Of a stretch of 64,000 nt of DNA, positions 12,486 through 25,154 are shown one piece after another (the stretch's first letter is position 1; every line of letters starts with the position of its first letter). Below the pieces are notes generated by a model, which saw only the letters and a program-made list of their open reading frames with translations, was not told where the DNA came from and searched no databases. Source of the stretch: Ylistrum balloti (lineage: Eukaryota); contig NW_026782152.1 of the NCBI RefSeq assembly GCF_031769215.1, positions 62,001 to 126,000 on the forward strand. Reading direction: 5' to 3'. The position numbers were made by a program, and so were the translations under genes.

Positions 12486-15406
12486 TCAACTTGTTTTTTG
12501 TTTCATAAATGTATATTTTGAATATGTATTCCTTTTAGAATCCTCTATATCTTCCATAGTTTGGATGGTTTTTGATTTATCCAGGAATAAGTAGCCAAAG
12601 CCCAGTCCAATTATTGATATCCCTGTAAATATAATAAATATATATATAAACAATCTGACATATAGAGGAATATGATCTGTGTACTCATTACTTAATAAAC
12701 TGAAATAAATGAATGCATCACTGTGTTGGAAATAAATTTCTGTAAAGAAAATAAATGTATACATGGAATGACTGAAGCCTATAATAAAGTGTCAAATACC
12801 TGTCTATTAAATATTGTTTGCATGTTTAAAAACCATCCAACTGGATAATAATGTCCCATGTATTTAAACCTATGGGTTGGTAGCTAGATAAGTATCATAC
12901 AATTAATAGTAGCAGCCATGATTGATCGGTATTGAATAATGTATTTATTCCATGTTGATAATGCTGTTGACTTGAATAACCAAGTAATAAAAAAAGTCAT
13001 CAAATCATATTTTACAATTACTGGAGTACTGGTATGACCTTTTAAGTATATCTTTGCAAAATCAGACAAAAACTTCGCCCTTGTACAGGCTCAAATTCTG
13101 TTGATGACTCCTTTGTTAGAACTTATTGTTTTCTGTCGTGTACTGGTCTAATAGGCAATTTAAAATAATAAACTAATGAAGCTTAGGAACTCTGACTGGA
13201 ATTTAGGAATGGCGAAGTTCTATAATTTTCTTATTGTTCTCACTAGCTTGATTGTACATGAATGTCAATGTTTTGATAAATAGAGAGGAAGTCAAATCAG
13301 AGAGTTACTTGTTCTGCTTCAGCTACAGGAAATTTATCTTTAGCTCAAATGAAAGAATACTTGTCAAGCAATTTGTAGTCTTTAGTCTGATTCCTAAGAA
13401 ATAATGGCCTTTATTCAGATTCCCGATTACTGTGTGATGAAAATGCCTCATATTAACATACCAACATACAAGTTCTCTTTCACAACACATCTTGAAAACA
13501 AGTGATTATTTGGTATTCAAACGAAAGTAAGACAAAAAAGAGTAAATGAACCATTAACTTCAGTATGAAGCAACCCAGGTATAGTAATGGGTTTGGGTGT
13601 CTGATGAAAACCCACAGGATTAAACTACATGTCACTTCTTGGGAAACAACTAATCTTTGGCAAACTGTACTTTTCAATCTTGTGCTCTAGGGGAGATAAG
13701 TCTAAAGATTAGGATTTAACACACTCTTTTAAGATGTTAGAAATCAGAGCTACTTGGGTATCTTTATAAGCGTGCAAATATTTTGAAACCAAGCAGGTTT
13801 TACATGAATAACTTTTATATTGAAATAGGCAATAATGTCTGTACCAAATTTTGAAAATGTCGGCCAAGTCAAGATTATCAGCATGTTTTATTGTTATTAT
13901 TATGCACTTTTTAAAGCGTTGTTACAAAATGCAGAAAATTACAACTTTACCTGAAACAGTTATCTGTATTAAAGAAGATGGCATCAGGTCTGTTGTCCTA
14001 TAGTGGAATATTTCAGCCAGTATATGTACGAGTCCCACAAAAAATGACAAAAGTGTTAATCCAAATATCCTGTGATGGATAAAAATAAACACATGAGTTT
14101 AAGTGAGTAAAGGCATAAATGTAGTTCAAAGTATCTTTAGCATTTAGAAAAAAAAATAACTTCATGGGCTTTGACAAAATCTAAAAACTTGTTGGTGGGA
14201 CAATACCTTACTAATAAATGTAGCAACATTATAGTATTATATACACTGCAGTTTTACTAGCACATGATATCAGATGGAAATTGGTCTTCCCTTTGAAAAT
14301 TGATACATTATTTGGTACAAAGTTGAGACTGATGTGAATTCATGAAGATCATGAAACCTAAGTATCCACTTGGATCTTCATACTTTACAGGTAATACTTA
14401 CGGCTTATTATATATGTCTATTGCACAAATGAAGCGTAGAATTGCTGTAATTAGAGTCCAGACACCAACAATCCGACTGGTAAGACCACGATCTGTGAAC
14501 AATTTCAACTTGTAAAAAATTTCATTTCATTAATGACAGATCCTGTAAGTTTTTATTGAACTTACTGTTTTAATAGTAGTTCTGCTCTTTGAACAATAAA
14601 AAACATAGATCAATGCATTTTAGAATATGTACATATGAACACAAATACAGTCATGAAATGAAAAATGATTTAAGACAGGCAGTAGTATAATTATCTATAC
14701 ATGTAGTTGTTCACCATTCTTTCGTTCAATAGCCATCAATCTCAACACTAATCAACACGCAAAATATACATATTATGTACTCTAAAATTTCATTCTACTT
14801 GCAACTCATATATGTATGGATGACATGGCAAGAGCATTATATGTTGAACAACAGTATCAACTTAACTTTTGCTGCCTGTAAACCAACCAGGGCATGTTAA
14901 AAAGATGATGCACTAATTATTTACATGTGTACTTTGTTCAAATTGCATAGCACTTCCTCACTCTTGTATACTAGCATACTAACACTAGCGAAGGAATCAT
15001 ATATTTGATATATGGAATAATGATAAGAAAAAATAGCAGGAATACTGTATACCTACTATTATTATTACCAAGTGTTCATAAATTTCACATGTAGACGTCC
15101 GATTTCCGTGCTAGTATTGACAATAACAATGATATTACTAAGATATAATCACTGACACCTTCTTAACATGCACTATATTCTCGTTGTATTATGCCCCTAT
15201 GTAATATCTACTTTCGTTTTAGCGTGAATTATTTATGAGCAAACACACGTTCTCTATTTACCGTCTTTGGCGTTTGTGTATAGTCTATTTTTCAAAAAAC
15301 TTGGATCAACAAAACATTGTAATGCATTTCCAAACGTCATTAGAGCAACCACAGCGATGCATGTCCTCAAAACAGATATTAACTGCAAACTTCTGCTCTT
15401 AATCAT
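12486..15406 (-). CDS. ERG28: Ergosterol biosynthetic protein 28 homolog (C14orf1), 4 exons, 163 aa
   Basis: Exons 15406-15262, 14492-14402, 14069-13951 and 12622-12486, all GT-AG with consistent phases (total 492 nt). The translation (VLRTCIAVVALMTFGNALQCF...RLYT; SRIVGVWTLITAILRFICAIDIYNK; LTLLSFFVGLVHILAEIFHY; GISIIGLGFGYL) aligns along its whole length with human ERG28 motifs (GNTLQSF, RTFGIWTL, CAIDIHNK, GHFLSELF). The ORF track shows only the last exon. Confidence 0.93.
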
Positions 15407-15878
15407 TCTTCTGTTCTAACTAGCCGGTCATTCGGGATCGTAGAGATGTTTTGCTAGATCTCAAGTAATGTTAACTTCCGGTAAGCGTTTGATTGATGCA
15501 GACATTGACAACACCGTAAACAATCTTCCTTCGTTTATGAAAAATGCAGATTTATAGATAGTTTGAAAGTGATTTTATTCAATTATAACACTCTAACCTT
15601 TTTATCTTATAAAAATGTTCTGAAGTGGAAATAATGCGCTATCTCAGTGGGTCTAAGGGTACGTTTATTACCATTTGTTCTCATTTGATACATGATTATA
15701 TCGGTAAGGACATGCAAATTTTCCAATAATGGCTTAATATCATTATAAAATATGTTTTAAAATAATGTGTGGCTCAAGAAACACATTAATATTTTCACGT
15801 TTGGATTGATCTTTCACATGGAAAGTTCAAAATATTGACATATATTCAAATATACACTGTATACAAGCTTAGTTTACC
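15407..15878. promoter_or_regulatory. Probable bidirectional promoter between ERG28 and vasohibin, with an ETS/GABP motif ACTTCCGG at 15474-15481
   Basis: Two divergent ATGs lie 472 bp apart. ETS motifs are characteristic of metazoan bidirectional promoters. Confidence 0.6.
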
Positions 15879-18800
15879 ATGTCGAAATCCAAACAACGGG
15901 ATCAACTACCACCATTTGGAACACTCGTTCGTGTTTCTGAACCCCCAGAAGAGGAAGAAAAGGGTTGTGTAAGGGTGAAGACAGTTAAAGGATCTAAAGG
16001 TGGAAATGACGATGACACACATGAAGAAAACGGAGTTCTATTTTGGGTTAACAAAAGTGGATTTCCAATTGACAATAGGACATGGGATCGAATGTGGGAT
16101 CACGTGTCGAGAATACATCCAGATGGTTACAGCATGATCAACAAAATTAGAAATAAATCTGATCTACCTCAGGTAAGATTTAATCAAATGACAAAATCTT
16201 ATTCAATTGTACAAGCACTGTATGCTTAATATAAAGTAAAATGCTAAATACTAAACGTACTTCCAAATTATTGGCATAGAGCATTATGGTTAAAGATACA
16301 TTTCTGTATTGCAAACTCTGGTATAATAGAAGATACAATTAGTTTATTTTCTTACGGCAAACAATACCATCTTTCGTAACATATCCGATTGAACCCGTAT
16401 ATTGATAAATCATACATGTGTTACTAGAAAGGCATTCCAGCATTGTGGTTATTCATAATAAGATGAATGACAGTGCAGCAGCCATTAATATTAACGAGGA
16501 GTAAATAATTCATTGAAAGCAAGTGCAATTGAAGACGTGTAAGCATGCTATCTGATGATAAATGTTGTATGTTTTGTCAGTACCACTTATATCTGTATCG
16601 AAAATCAAAAACAATTTTTTTTTCAGATTCCTATACAACAGGCACCATTAAACTTTCCGTCTTCCATGCCTGCACAAGAACGACTGGATAAGGTTCAAAA
16701 CTACATGAAGTCGCTTCAGTATCCTTTAGAAGGGATCAGTCATTTGAATAATGGTAACAATAAACAAATTTATTAATACCCTTAATTGAGATAAGTGATA
16801 TGATTTGAAGATAAATGTCAAAATTGCGCCACATACAAAGTAGTTGCTGCAGTACTTTCACGAGGGATATAAACTTCTTAACATTGATAAAATCACTCAG
16901 TCCAAAAACACAAAAAGGTCTTTCAAATCTGCCTGATTGATTTACTCCACCATTTTATGCTGAAGTACAAAACGTATTTACAAACCATACTTATAAAATT
17001 TTGTTTCGAATACAATTGGATAAATTATTGTCAGTGCTCAAATTCAGGGACGTATAGTATTCCACGTTCTTGTTAAAGCTTGACATTTTTTTATGTCTAT
17101 CATCATTAAATGAAAATGGTGTTGCAGTTCCGTTTTTATGTACCAATTTCAGTTGTAAACTTTCAATCCAATTACAGACCAGATTTGGTTACTGTATAGT
17201 GCTGGTCTCAGAAAATGCTCTTTAAACGCATTTATCCGTTAGGTTCGAACGGCACTCACCGATGGGAAGGTACAGTGATTATATAACACAGAGCTCTAGT
17301 TTTCCCTCCATACTTGCATCTAGAAACAATACCAGACTTATTGATATATAGGTGCATTATGTACAGAGAACAAGAGCCATTAGTCCGAGTACCATGGAGG
17401 ACGGGTTATTTTTCTTTTCGCGCGCTAATAAAAGATCATAATAGTATTCTATATGCTAGATAAATTTAAGGTGTCGTTCAAACCTGAATTTTAAGCATAT
17501 CAGGAAAAAACTGAATCATTTACTGTGAACATACCGATTAATCCTTTTATAACATTCTAAATATAAACCAGGAATATTAAAGATTGTATATTTGAAAATA
17601 CTAGCGTGTTTGTACGACAGTTGCGAAAATAGAAAGAAAATCCTTTATCATAAAATCGTTTACTAGCCGTCTTGTCTCACGCAAGAAACACTGGATGCCA
17701 TTTTATCATGTGTCTGTTATGAATGTTTCCTTAATGTGATTAAGATATAATCATACCGGAACACAGTTTTTTGAAATCAGGAAGCAGAGACCACTATCAG
17801 GGTAAGTTGTTTCTGTCATTCCACATGTTTAATTATATTATATATTTTTTCATTTATCGCACATTGTTAGCAATGTATTATGATATACTCATCGCTTTAT
17901 TGTTAACCAATTTTACAAGCAATATTATTGGTCCGATTTAATCATGTGAACACGATAGACACATATTTCCATGATTCATTATATCATGTTGCTTTATTTT
18001 TCCCTGTAATGAAGGTTGATGGACTGTGCCAGAGAAATGATTAAAGAAGCTCTTCCCATCAAATGCTTGGAGGCTGTGATTCTTGGGTTGTATCCTTCTG
18101 TCAAAATTAAATTATTGATGATTAATTACCTTTACATAAATAAAGATTATTGACTTTCAAGTCTAAAACCAATCTTTTGAATTGTTTAACGATATTTCTG
18201 AATTAGCTCTATCTAATTATTAATTGATTAATCATTTATTTATTGTAGATTAATAGTGTACTTTGTAAGATAATTATATTCAATTTCCGTAAACGTTTTA
18301 AATTTGGTTTTGATTTTAAAGACTTCCTCTTTAGTTTTTACCTTTGAAATATTTCGAAGATGGTTACTGCTACAATCTTGTGCAACGTCATCCTTTACAC
18401 AAAACAGATTTTTAACCAATGGTTTTCTTGGTGTCGAACGCTTTCCGCTAAGTTTTAAGAGTGTGTTTGGTGGAAATGTACATAGACATGTAGTACTAGG
18501 GATATATTATGCTGGTAAATATGGTTCCATTGGTATGAGCAGGAGGGATGAACTGATGTACAAACCTGTTGTCTATAAGGTAATTTACCACAAGTAAAAA
18601 ATATCATCTAAAAATGTACTGGACAAATTAAATCGAGTTTAAGACGTTTTACTAGACAAATTTAATCAAATTTAAGATATTTTCTCGACATTTTTTTGAG
18701 TCCTGGATGAATTCTATTTTCTTGTAACGTGCACGTGTCCAGACATTTTCTTCATAATTTTTCAGACATTTTTTCTCATAATTTGCATATATACTATGTA

Positions 18801-21800
18801 TGTTAAATTCATTAAACGTTGCGTTTATACATGTGTATTAATGTATTTTATAAGCAAGTTACTGCATGTTTCAGTCTCTCTCGGAATTGGTTTTTGAATT
18901 TGAAAGATCTTACAATATGTGTAAGTAATTTTCGTTATTCTGGAAAGTATATTTGCACCACAAATACCGATCAATTTTGTCATGTGATTATAAATCATTC
19001 TGGTAAATGATATATTTCGTCCATTTTATATACCAATAAGTCATGGAAATTTTTTCATTTATTTAATGTATATTTTGTTGATATTTCTGAAAAACAGTAA
19101 CGTTACACAGTCACTGTAGATATTTTTAAAAAATGATTAATAATTTTCGTTAGGAAAGCTAATTAGTATGATACGGAGTTACCTTTAATTCAATGGTTTC
19201 TAGAGAAGAATTCGTGTTTTCTATACAACTTTCTTTTGGAATATTATAAATTAAAGTAAAAGTACGGTAGCATTAATTACATAGTTTGTCCTTTCAGTTA
19301 AACATGACGTAAAGAAGGTAAAAATCGGGCTGCCTGTTCCGCATGATCCTCACAGCTATGAACTCATCAACTGGAAGGTACGTATATATATATATATCTG
19401 ACATATCTTGGCTTATTTGATATCAATATTTATCTAACGAAATAAGATAGATCTATTTCTGTTAAAATAAATCTCGCTTTTAAATAAATAAGTGAAATAC
19501 TGGTTTTTTTTTCATTGTCAGTTATTTATCATTAAAATATACTAAATTCCATATTGTCCCTCTGTCTACATTTTGTTAATGAACTATTAGTGCATGGGGA
19601 TTTTCCCATTTCTTCATTGAAGATAATATATTTGTGCCTTAGCAAAAAACTATTTGAATAGTAAAACTGAAAGTCCCTTTAGTACTTCAGTAACAGCAGA
19701 ATATACTGTATGGAAAATGTAAAGGCACATTTATTTGAGAAAAAAAACTGGTTTTACCATTAAAGTTTTTGTAGCTACATAAATTTATATGCATGTCTAA
19801 TTGTAGGCCCTTACTATAAACATGAACAAAATGAGTCAAAAAGAAGTGACCAAAGACCTTGATGTTGTGGCCAAGGAAATTCGGACAAAAGTAAGAGTTA
19901 TTTTGTATCATGTTGTTAAATGTTTCCCTTAAATTCAATTTTCTATCATACAACAACCTTACTTTTGTTGTATCATACACATTGTGGTTTTACCCTTTTT
20001 CCCAAATTTTGTTTTCAGTTACGTTTCATTAATCGTTCAATATCCGTTGTTCCTATTATATGGAATAACAGATACAGAAATTCGAAGTTAGCTGAGTTTC
20101 CATGCATAACGAAATGTCTAATTCTGGTTGCTATGGGAGATTACTTTATATTTATATTTAATATATGATGTATTTTTTATTAGGCCAAACTCAACTCTCT
20201 GAATCCCGAGGCTAGTTATGCGAAGGTAAAATGTCACCACTAGGTATATATAGATATATATAGATATGTTGTATCGTATTTAACAAAGGACGCCAGCTCT
20301 ACGTAGTCTGTCAGTATTATAAACACATCCTTTCTATAGTCCACGTACATCACACTCGGAGATCTCTTCAAAGTACAGCACAGTCTTCAGAATGTGAATG
20401 TCATAAAAAGTCCAAATTTAGTTGTTTATAATGCGATTGAAGCAAAATCTTTTGTAAAGCTATTATTTCTACGTGAGCTTTCTGTACTACTACTACTTAT
20501 ATTATCACTATTTATTATTCACGTGTTTATGCATGTTTATTACACTACAGTGTCTCATCTGATTTTCACATTATTTCTCGTCGCTTTTTGCAATCTATCA
20601 ACAAGTTTAATGCACATTCCATTCCATACAGCATGCTCGCCTCCAATAAAATAATACATTTTCGTGCTATAAAACCTTAAAATTGATATGAAGTTATAGT
20701 CTGTAGGTACGATACATCCGCCACGTTCACATTTCACAAATGTGTGATGCGTCTCATGTTTATTTCTTGATTCGTCTTTAGTGTTTCCCTTTATTTTTAA
20801 CCCGAATATTTTGAAGCTGTAGTACATATTTATTTATATAATGTGGTATTATTTAAGACGTTTGTTGAGTAATGTGAATGTGATTTTATATTGGTGCGGA
20901 TAGTTTAATGAAACGTGTTTTTAATCATTGTGGTTGATCACGATTGACTTGTTATTCTGTGAATATAACCATGGAATATGTTTTACCTATTACACATGTG
21001 TAATATAACTTATTGTGATGTCAGGTGTTGATAATGAAATGGCACACTGAAGACTCAATGTGACATACCAATGGAGTGGAGGCCACTAATAAGAAGCCGA
21101 AATGGCTTCCTGTGGAAATGTTCGTTTTCCACTTTACTTGAATTATCTATCATGTGATATGAGGGATCCTAATTTCTTTTCAATTTAATATTTGCTTTAT
21201 GAAACTTAATGAAAACGAATATAAGATCATAAATATGTTTGTGTGTAACTTTTGTGTTAGGAATACATTAATCTCAATAGCCATCGTCGTTTGCTATGGA
21301 ATCACTTTATCTATTCCTTACAGTAAGATAAAGTCGGAAATATATTTATCCCACAGGATTACATATAATGGATAAATGAAAAAGTGGCTGTAAATTCGCA
21401 AGAATTCGGATGTATGAATTACAGATACTAATCAATGAAGCCCTGTTTTCACAAATGACACTCAATAATCCCCATATGCTCACAATTTGTATCGAATTAT
21501 ATTCAAAGGAAAAAATCATCATCTTTTTTCACTCTGAATACTCACTCTGCCCGTCTCCAGAACGACTATGATATTGTGTCATTATCTATAGTGATTTTTT
21601 TATGTGTCAACGTACATATACAACTAGAAGATTTGTATTCACGCAGTGGTTTCTGCATGGATTGAAATGTATATTTAGCAGAAAATGGATCGAATTACTG
21701 CAAATTACATCTTTGTCATTTTACAAATAAATAAATGTGCACCATTTAAATCCGATCAGGGACAGAGGGAAGCTCATGACTGCCCTGTAGTAACACTTTA

Positions 21801-24800
21801 CTCCAGCCGTAAGGTAGGCCAGCTGTGTAATACAGCATGCCCGCTAGTTGTATCTTGTCCTGTGCCCTGCTGTATATTCAGACCTAACTGCTAATCACTG
21901 ACAGACTGTGCTATAAAGTCGATCCTTAGGGACTGTAAACTGAAAAATAAGATTTTTACAAGGTACGTTTTTTACCGTCTGTAATATCATAATACCCCTT
22001 TTATTACTATCACAATTGTTTATTTGTCAATGAATACATGTATAGCAATGATAAACACTAAACATAAACGCATATGTTACTCGACCTATCTTATGTTATA
22101 CATTGAATTTGGAATAATGTAAATTGAATATATGATAACACTTATTCGAATTGGTTGATATGAGTGCCAGAATGAGTTGAGGAGTGTATTAGCCACCGTC
22201 AATATATCATTCAATAAGAACTTTTTATAATCTTTCCCTTGGATTACTATATTTTTCCTACTTGATTTGCTTTTTCTTTCTTTTTTTTTTCTTAAATTAA
22301 TGTCACTTGAAAAAATAATGATTTTCAGCTTTGACAAATATTGCTTTTACATATACATTATACTGGTATATGTTTTTGTTTGAAGATGCTATTTATTGTG
22401 TTCTATCTTATTGGGTGAATCACACACGTCATACATTAACTGTCATTTTTCATTCATAAAACATGTTACCTATTACATATAACGCAATGGGATATTAATT
22501 TCCCTTTTTATGAATTTAAATCCAAGAAAGATGTCCCCCTTCAAGCTTGAAATTTGATACAGAGATATCGAATTGTGGTTTGGCTAGTTGTAATGTTGCT
22601 GCTAATTTGAATTGTAACAGGTACATCTTTGAGATTAGCCATCCATCTAGATCCTGTTCTTTGTATGTATTGTTCTTCAAATCTTGTTCTGGCTTTGTAG
22701 TACGCGAATCAAGGAATATATGCTAAAGACAGGTTGATATCGGCATGACCAGAGGTGATGTTTTGAAAATGGTTTGATAATATATCGATATTCGATACGA
22801 AATTAATTTGTATGAATACCACATTATTACACTTCAGTGTATATTTATTTTTTAATTGCAGTGTTTATTTTCCTTATGTGACCTATTGAACATATATTTT
22901 GTTTTTGGTAAGAGTTTGGATTGATTCAAGTTCTGTTTTAAATTTTCAGATTCCATCCATTAATGGTCATAAGGTACATTAATTCCGACAAAAATTTCCT
23001 TGCAGTTTACATGTTACACAATGCCGACTTACACATACAAACTTGTGTAGTAACGTGTCATATGTTTACGGTCGTACACAATTTTTACGAATTTTTTTAG
23101 CATTAGTGCATGGTGTCATGTTCATCGTAACAAGTAATTGTTATTGTTTTTGCTAATACACCAGCATGTTTTTAAACTAAAATATAAGAAGGTGGATTTA
23201 ATTGAAAATGTGGCATGATATTTATTGTTTGATGGGACAAGGAAAACTTTATTCTCGATATTTTTGTAGTAAATTATTTAAAATACCAGTCGTTGTGCAT
23301 ATTGCATAAATTGAAAATACTTTCTCATGTTAAAAACGTAATCGGTCGTTAAATATTCATACATTGGGTTTGGTTATTTTCAAAAGTAAGAGACGGTTTT
23401 TTTATGTATGTTTGTTTTAAAGGAGAAACTACCTTTCAGTGAATGAGGATAGGACCTGAAAGTTATTTAAAACCATGAGATTACAGTGTTATAGTATACC
23501 GCTCATCTCAGAAATCCCATATCATCACATATTACCGTAAATAATATTATAAAAAGGAGTGAAAACTGAAAGAAAATATGCTTTATTTAAATCAGGAACT
23601 TAGATTCATTGAATGTGTTTTTATACAGCATGGACATACTCACCTCACACAATGTTGTGAACACCGATGTAATATTAAATACATCGCAGTTGCCAGTCAA
23701 AACATTTTATTCGGAAGCTTGTTTGTAATTCACCTCTACAACGTTTTAGTCTGTAATGATTAATTTCAGTAAGTTAACATCTGCGATGGAACGTGGGTTG
23801 TTGAAGAAATATTTGGAACATTTCGTTTAGAAATATCGTAATTGCTGTGTCTGTGATAGTATATCAGTGTTATCAGGTTTAGAGTATAATGTTGTTCTTC
23901 AATACAACCTCAAATCATTCCCTTATCGATGAAGTCGTGACCATGGACAAGAAGTATGCAATCTATAATCATAAGGTAGAGGATTCGATAAATCATGGTT
24001 TCAAGGTCATAGGTCATGATAGGACACGGATCAAAATTTTCCTCTGTCATCATCATTTTTTCTATTCAGTAGAGTTACGGAAATCTTGAGATTAGTCTAT
24101 GGCGAACATAAATTTAGTGTACGAACTTCTTGATTTCAATTTTGTTGGAAGGAATTTTAAGTTTATCGCTACTAGTTTTGATCAACTTCAGAAGTAGCTT
24201 CTTAATCAGGAGTTTTTTTTAAAACGCATGCACCAGAAGCTTCCTTTTCTTTAACACTATGCATGAGTTTGGGTTTGGTTTAACTTCATTATAAATCGGT
24301 GATTACATTTCATTATTTAGATGTGCCAATTAAGTTAATGTTCGGTTAGGCTTCATCGCTGCAATACCGCATTAAATAAACCAGCAAAAATTATTCGTAT
24401 GTGATATAATTAGTTCACATGTTTCTGCTTTGCTATTAAATTCAAACCATTGTTCGACCAGACATTTTAGAGTTGTTATATATTTGAGAGTTTGTGTTGT
24501 TTCAATTTATAGTAAAACGATACCTTAATTTTAATAGTCCCGGTCGTGGGTTACTCAGCCTTCTTCACCAAGGAAAAATATCACCTCTATCGATATGACC
24601 ACTGGTAGAGACACATATGCGAGCAACAGTCTAAAGCAGGCATCAAAAATTTACAGATCGTGAGTACCTAGTTTGTCAAAATATTACAACTTGTCATCGC
24701 AAATGTTATGTCAAGCATACACAGATTTATAAATATATCAATAATTTATTAACTTAATGGTGTTCGTAACTTAAAACCTTGGAAATCTCACTTACCTAAT

Positions 24801-25154
24801 GTCCATTATATACAAATATGGACGAGACCAGTATATAACGTTTAGAGTATTTATCTCAAATTAAAAAAAAAAATGGCGTGTTGACGTTATTATTATATAT
24901 CATATTCATTAATAATTCATGTACAAATTTCAACATCTGGTTTGCTTCTTATACTCTTACATCGTTGAAATGTCATTTGTGATTTTATTAATATATTGCT
25001 GTAGTTTTCGACGATTTTCAGTAAGAATTGCGATTTTGTTTACAGATTGGTGTGTGCTTTTATTTTTTGCAGACAAACAATGGTAGGTTCATCCGACAAT
25101 GGCGCCGTTAGGAGGAAATCTACAGATCCCGCAGACTATCAGATACGAATATGA
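15879..25154 (+). CDS. VASH: Vasohibin (tubulinyl-Tyr carboxypeptidase), up to 12 exons, ~389 aa
   Basis: Exons: 15879-16172, 16627-16718, 17745-17801, 18015-18089, 18408-18579, 18875-18920, 19298-19377, 19807-19890, 20184-20225 (probable), 22950-22973 (probable), 24538-24659 and 25073-25154. Phases are consistent. Motifs present: WDRMWDHVSRIHPDG, QYNHTGTQFFEI, ALPIKCLEAVILG (catalytic Cys), HRHVVLG (His), GMSRR (Ser), HDPHS, and the conserved C-terminus YQIRI-stop. It is probably the single invertebrate co-orthologue of VASH1 and VASH2. Confidence 0.95.
16719..17744 (+). other. U12-type (minor spliceosome) GT-AG intron, vasohibin intron 2
   Basis: Donor is GTATCCTTT. Branch point TTTCCTTAAT lies at 17726-17735, 9 nt before the AG, and there is no polypyrimidine tract. 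Confidence 0.9.
18090..18407 (+). other. U12-type GT-AG intron, vasohibin intron 4
   Basis: Donor is GTATCCTTCT. A branch-like ATCCTTTAC lies at 18390-18398, followed by ACAAAACAG, with no polypyrimidine tract. Confidence 0.85.

Noticed and set aside
17242-17250. GGTTCGAAC, B-box-like
   Set aside because: No A box or cloverleaf could be built. At most it is a decayed SINE, so no tRNA is called.
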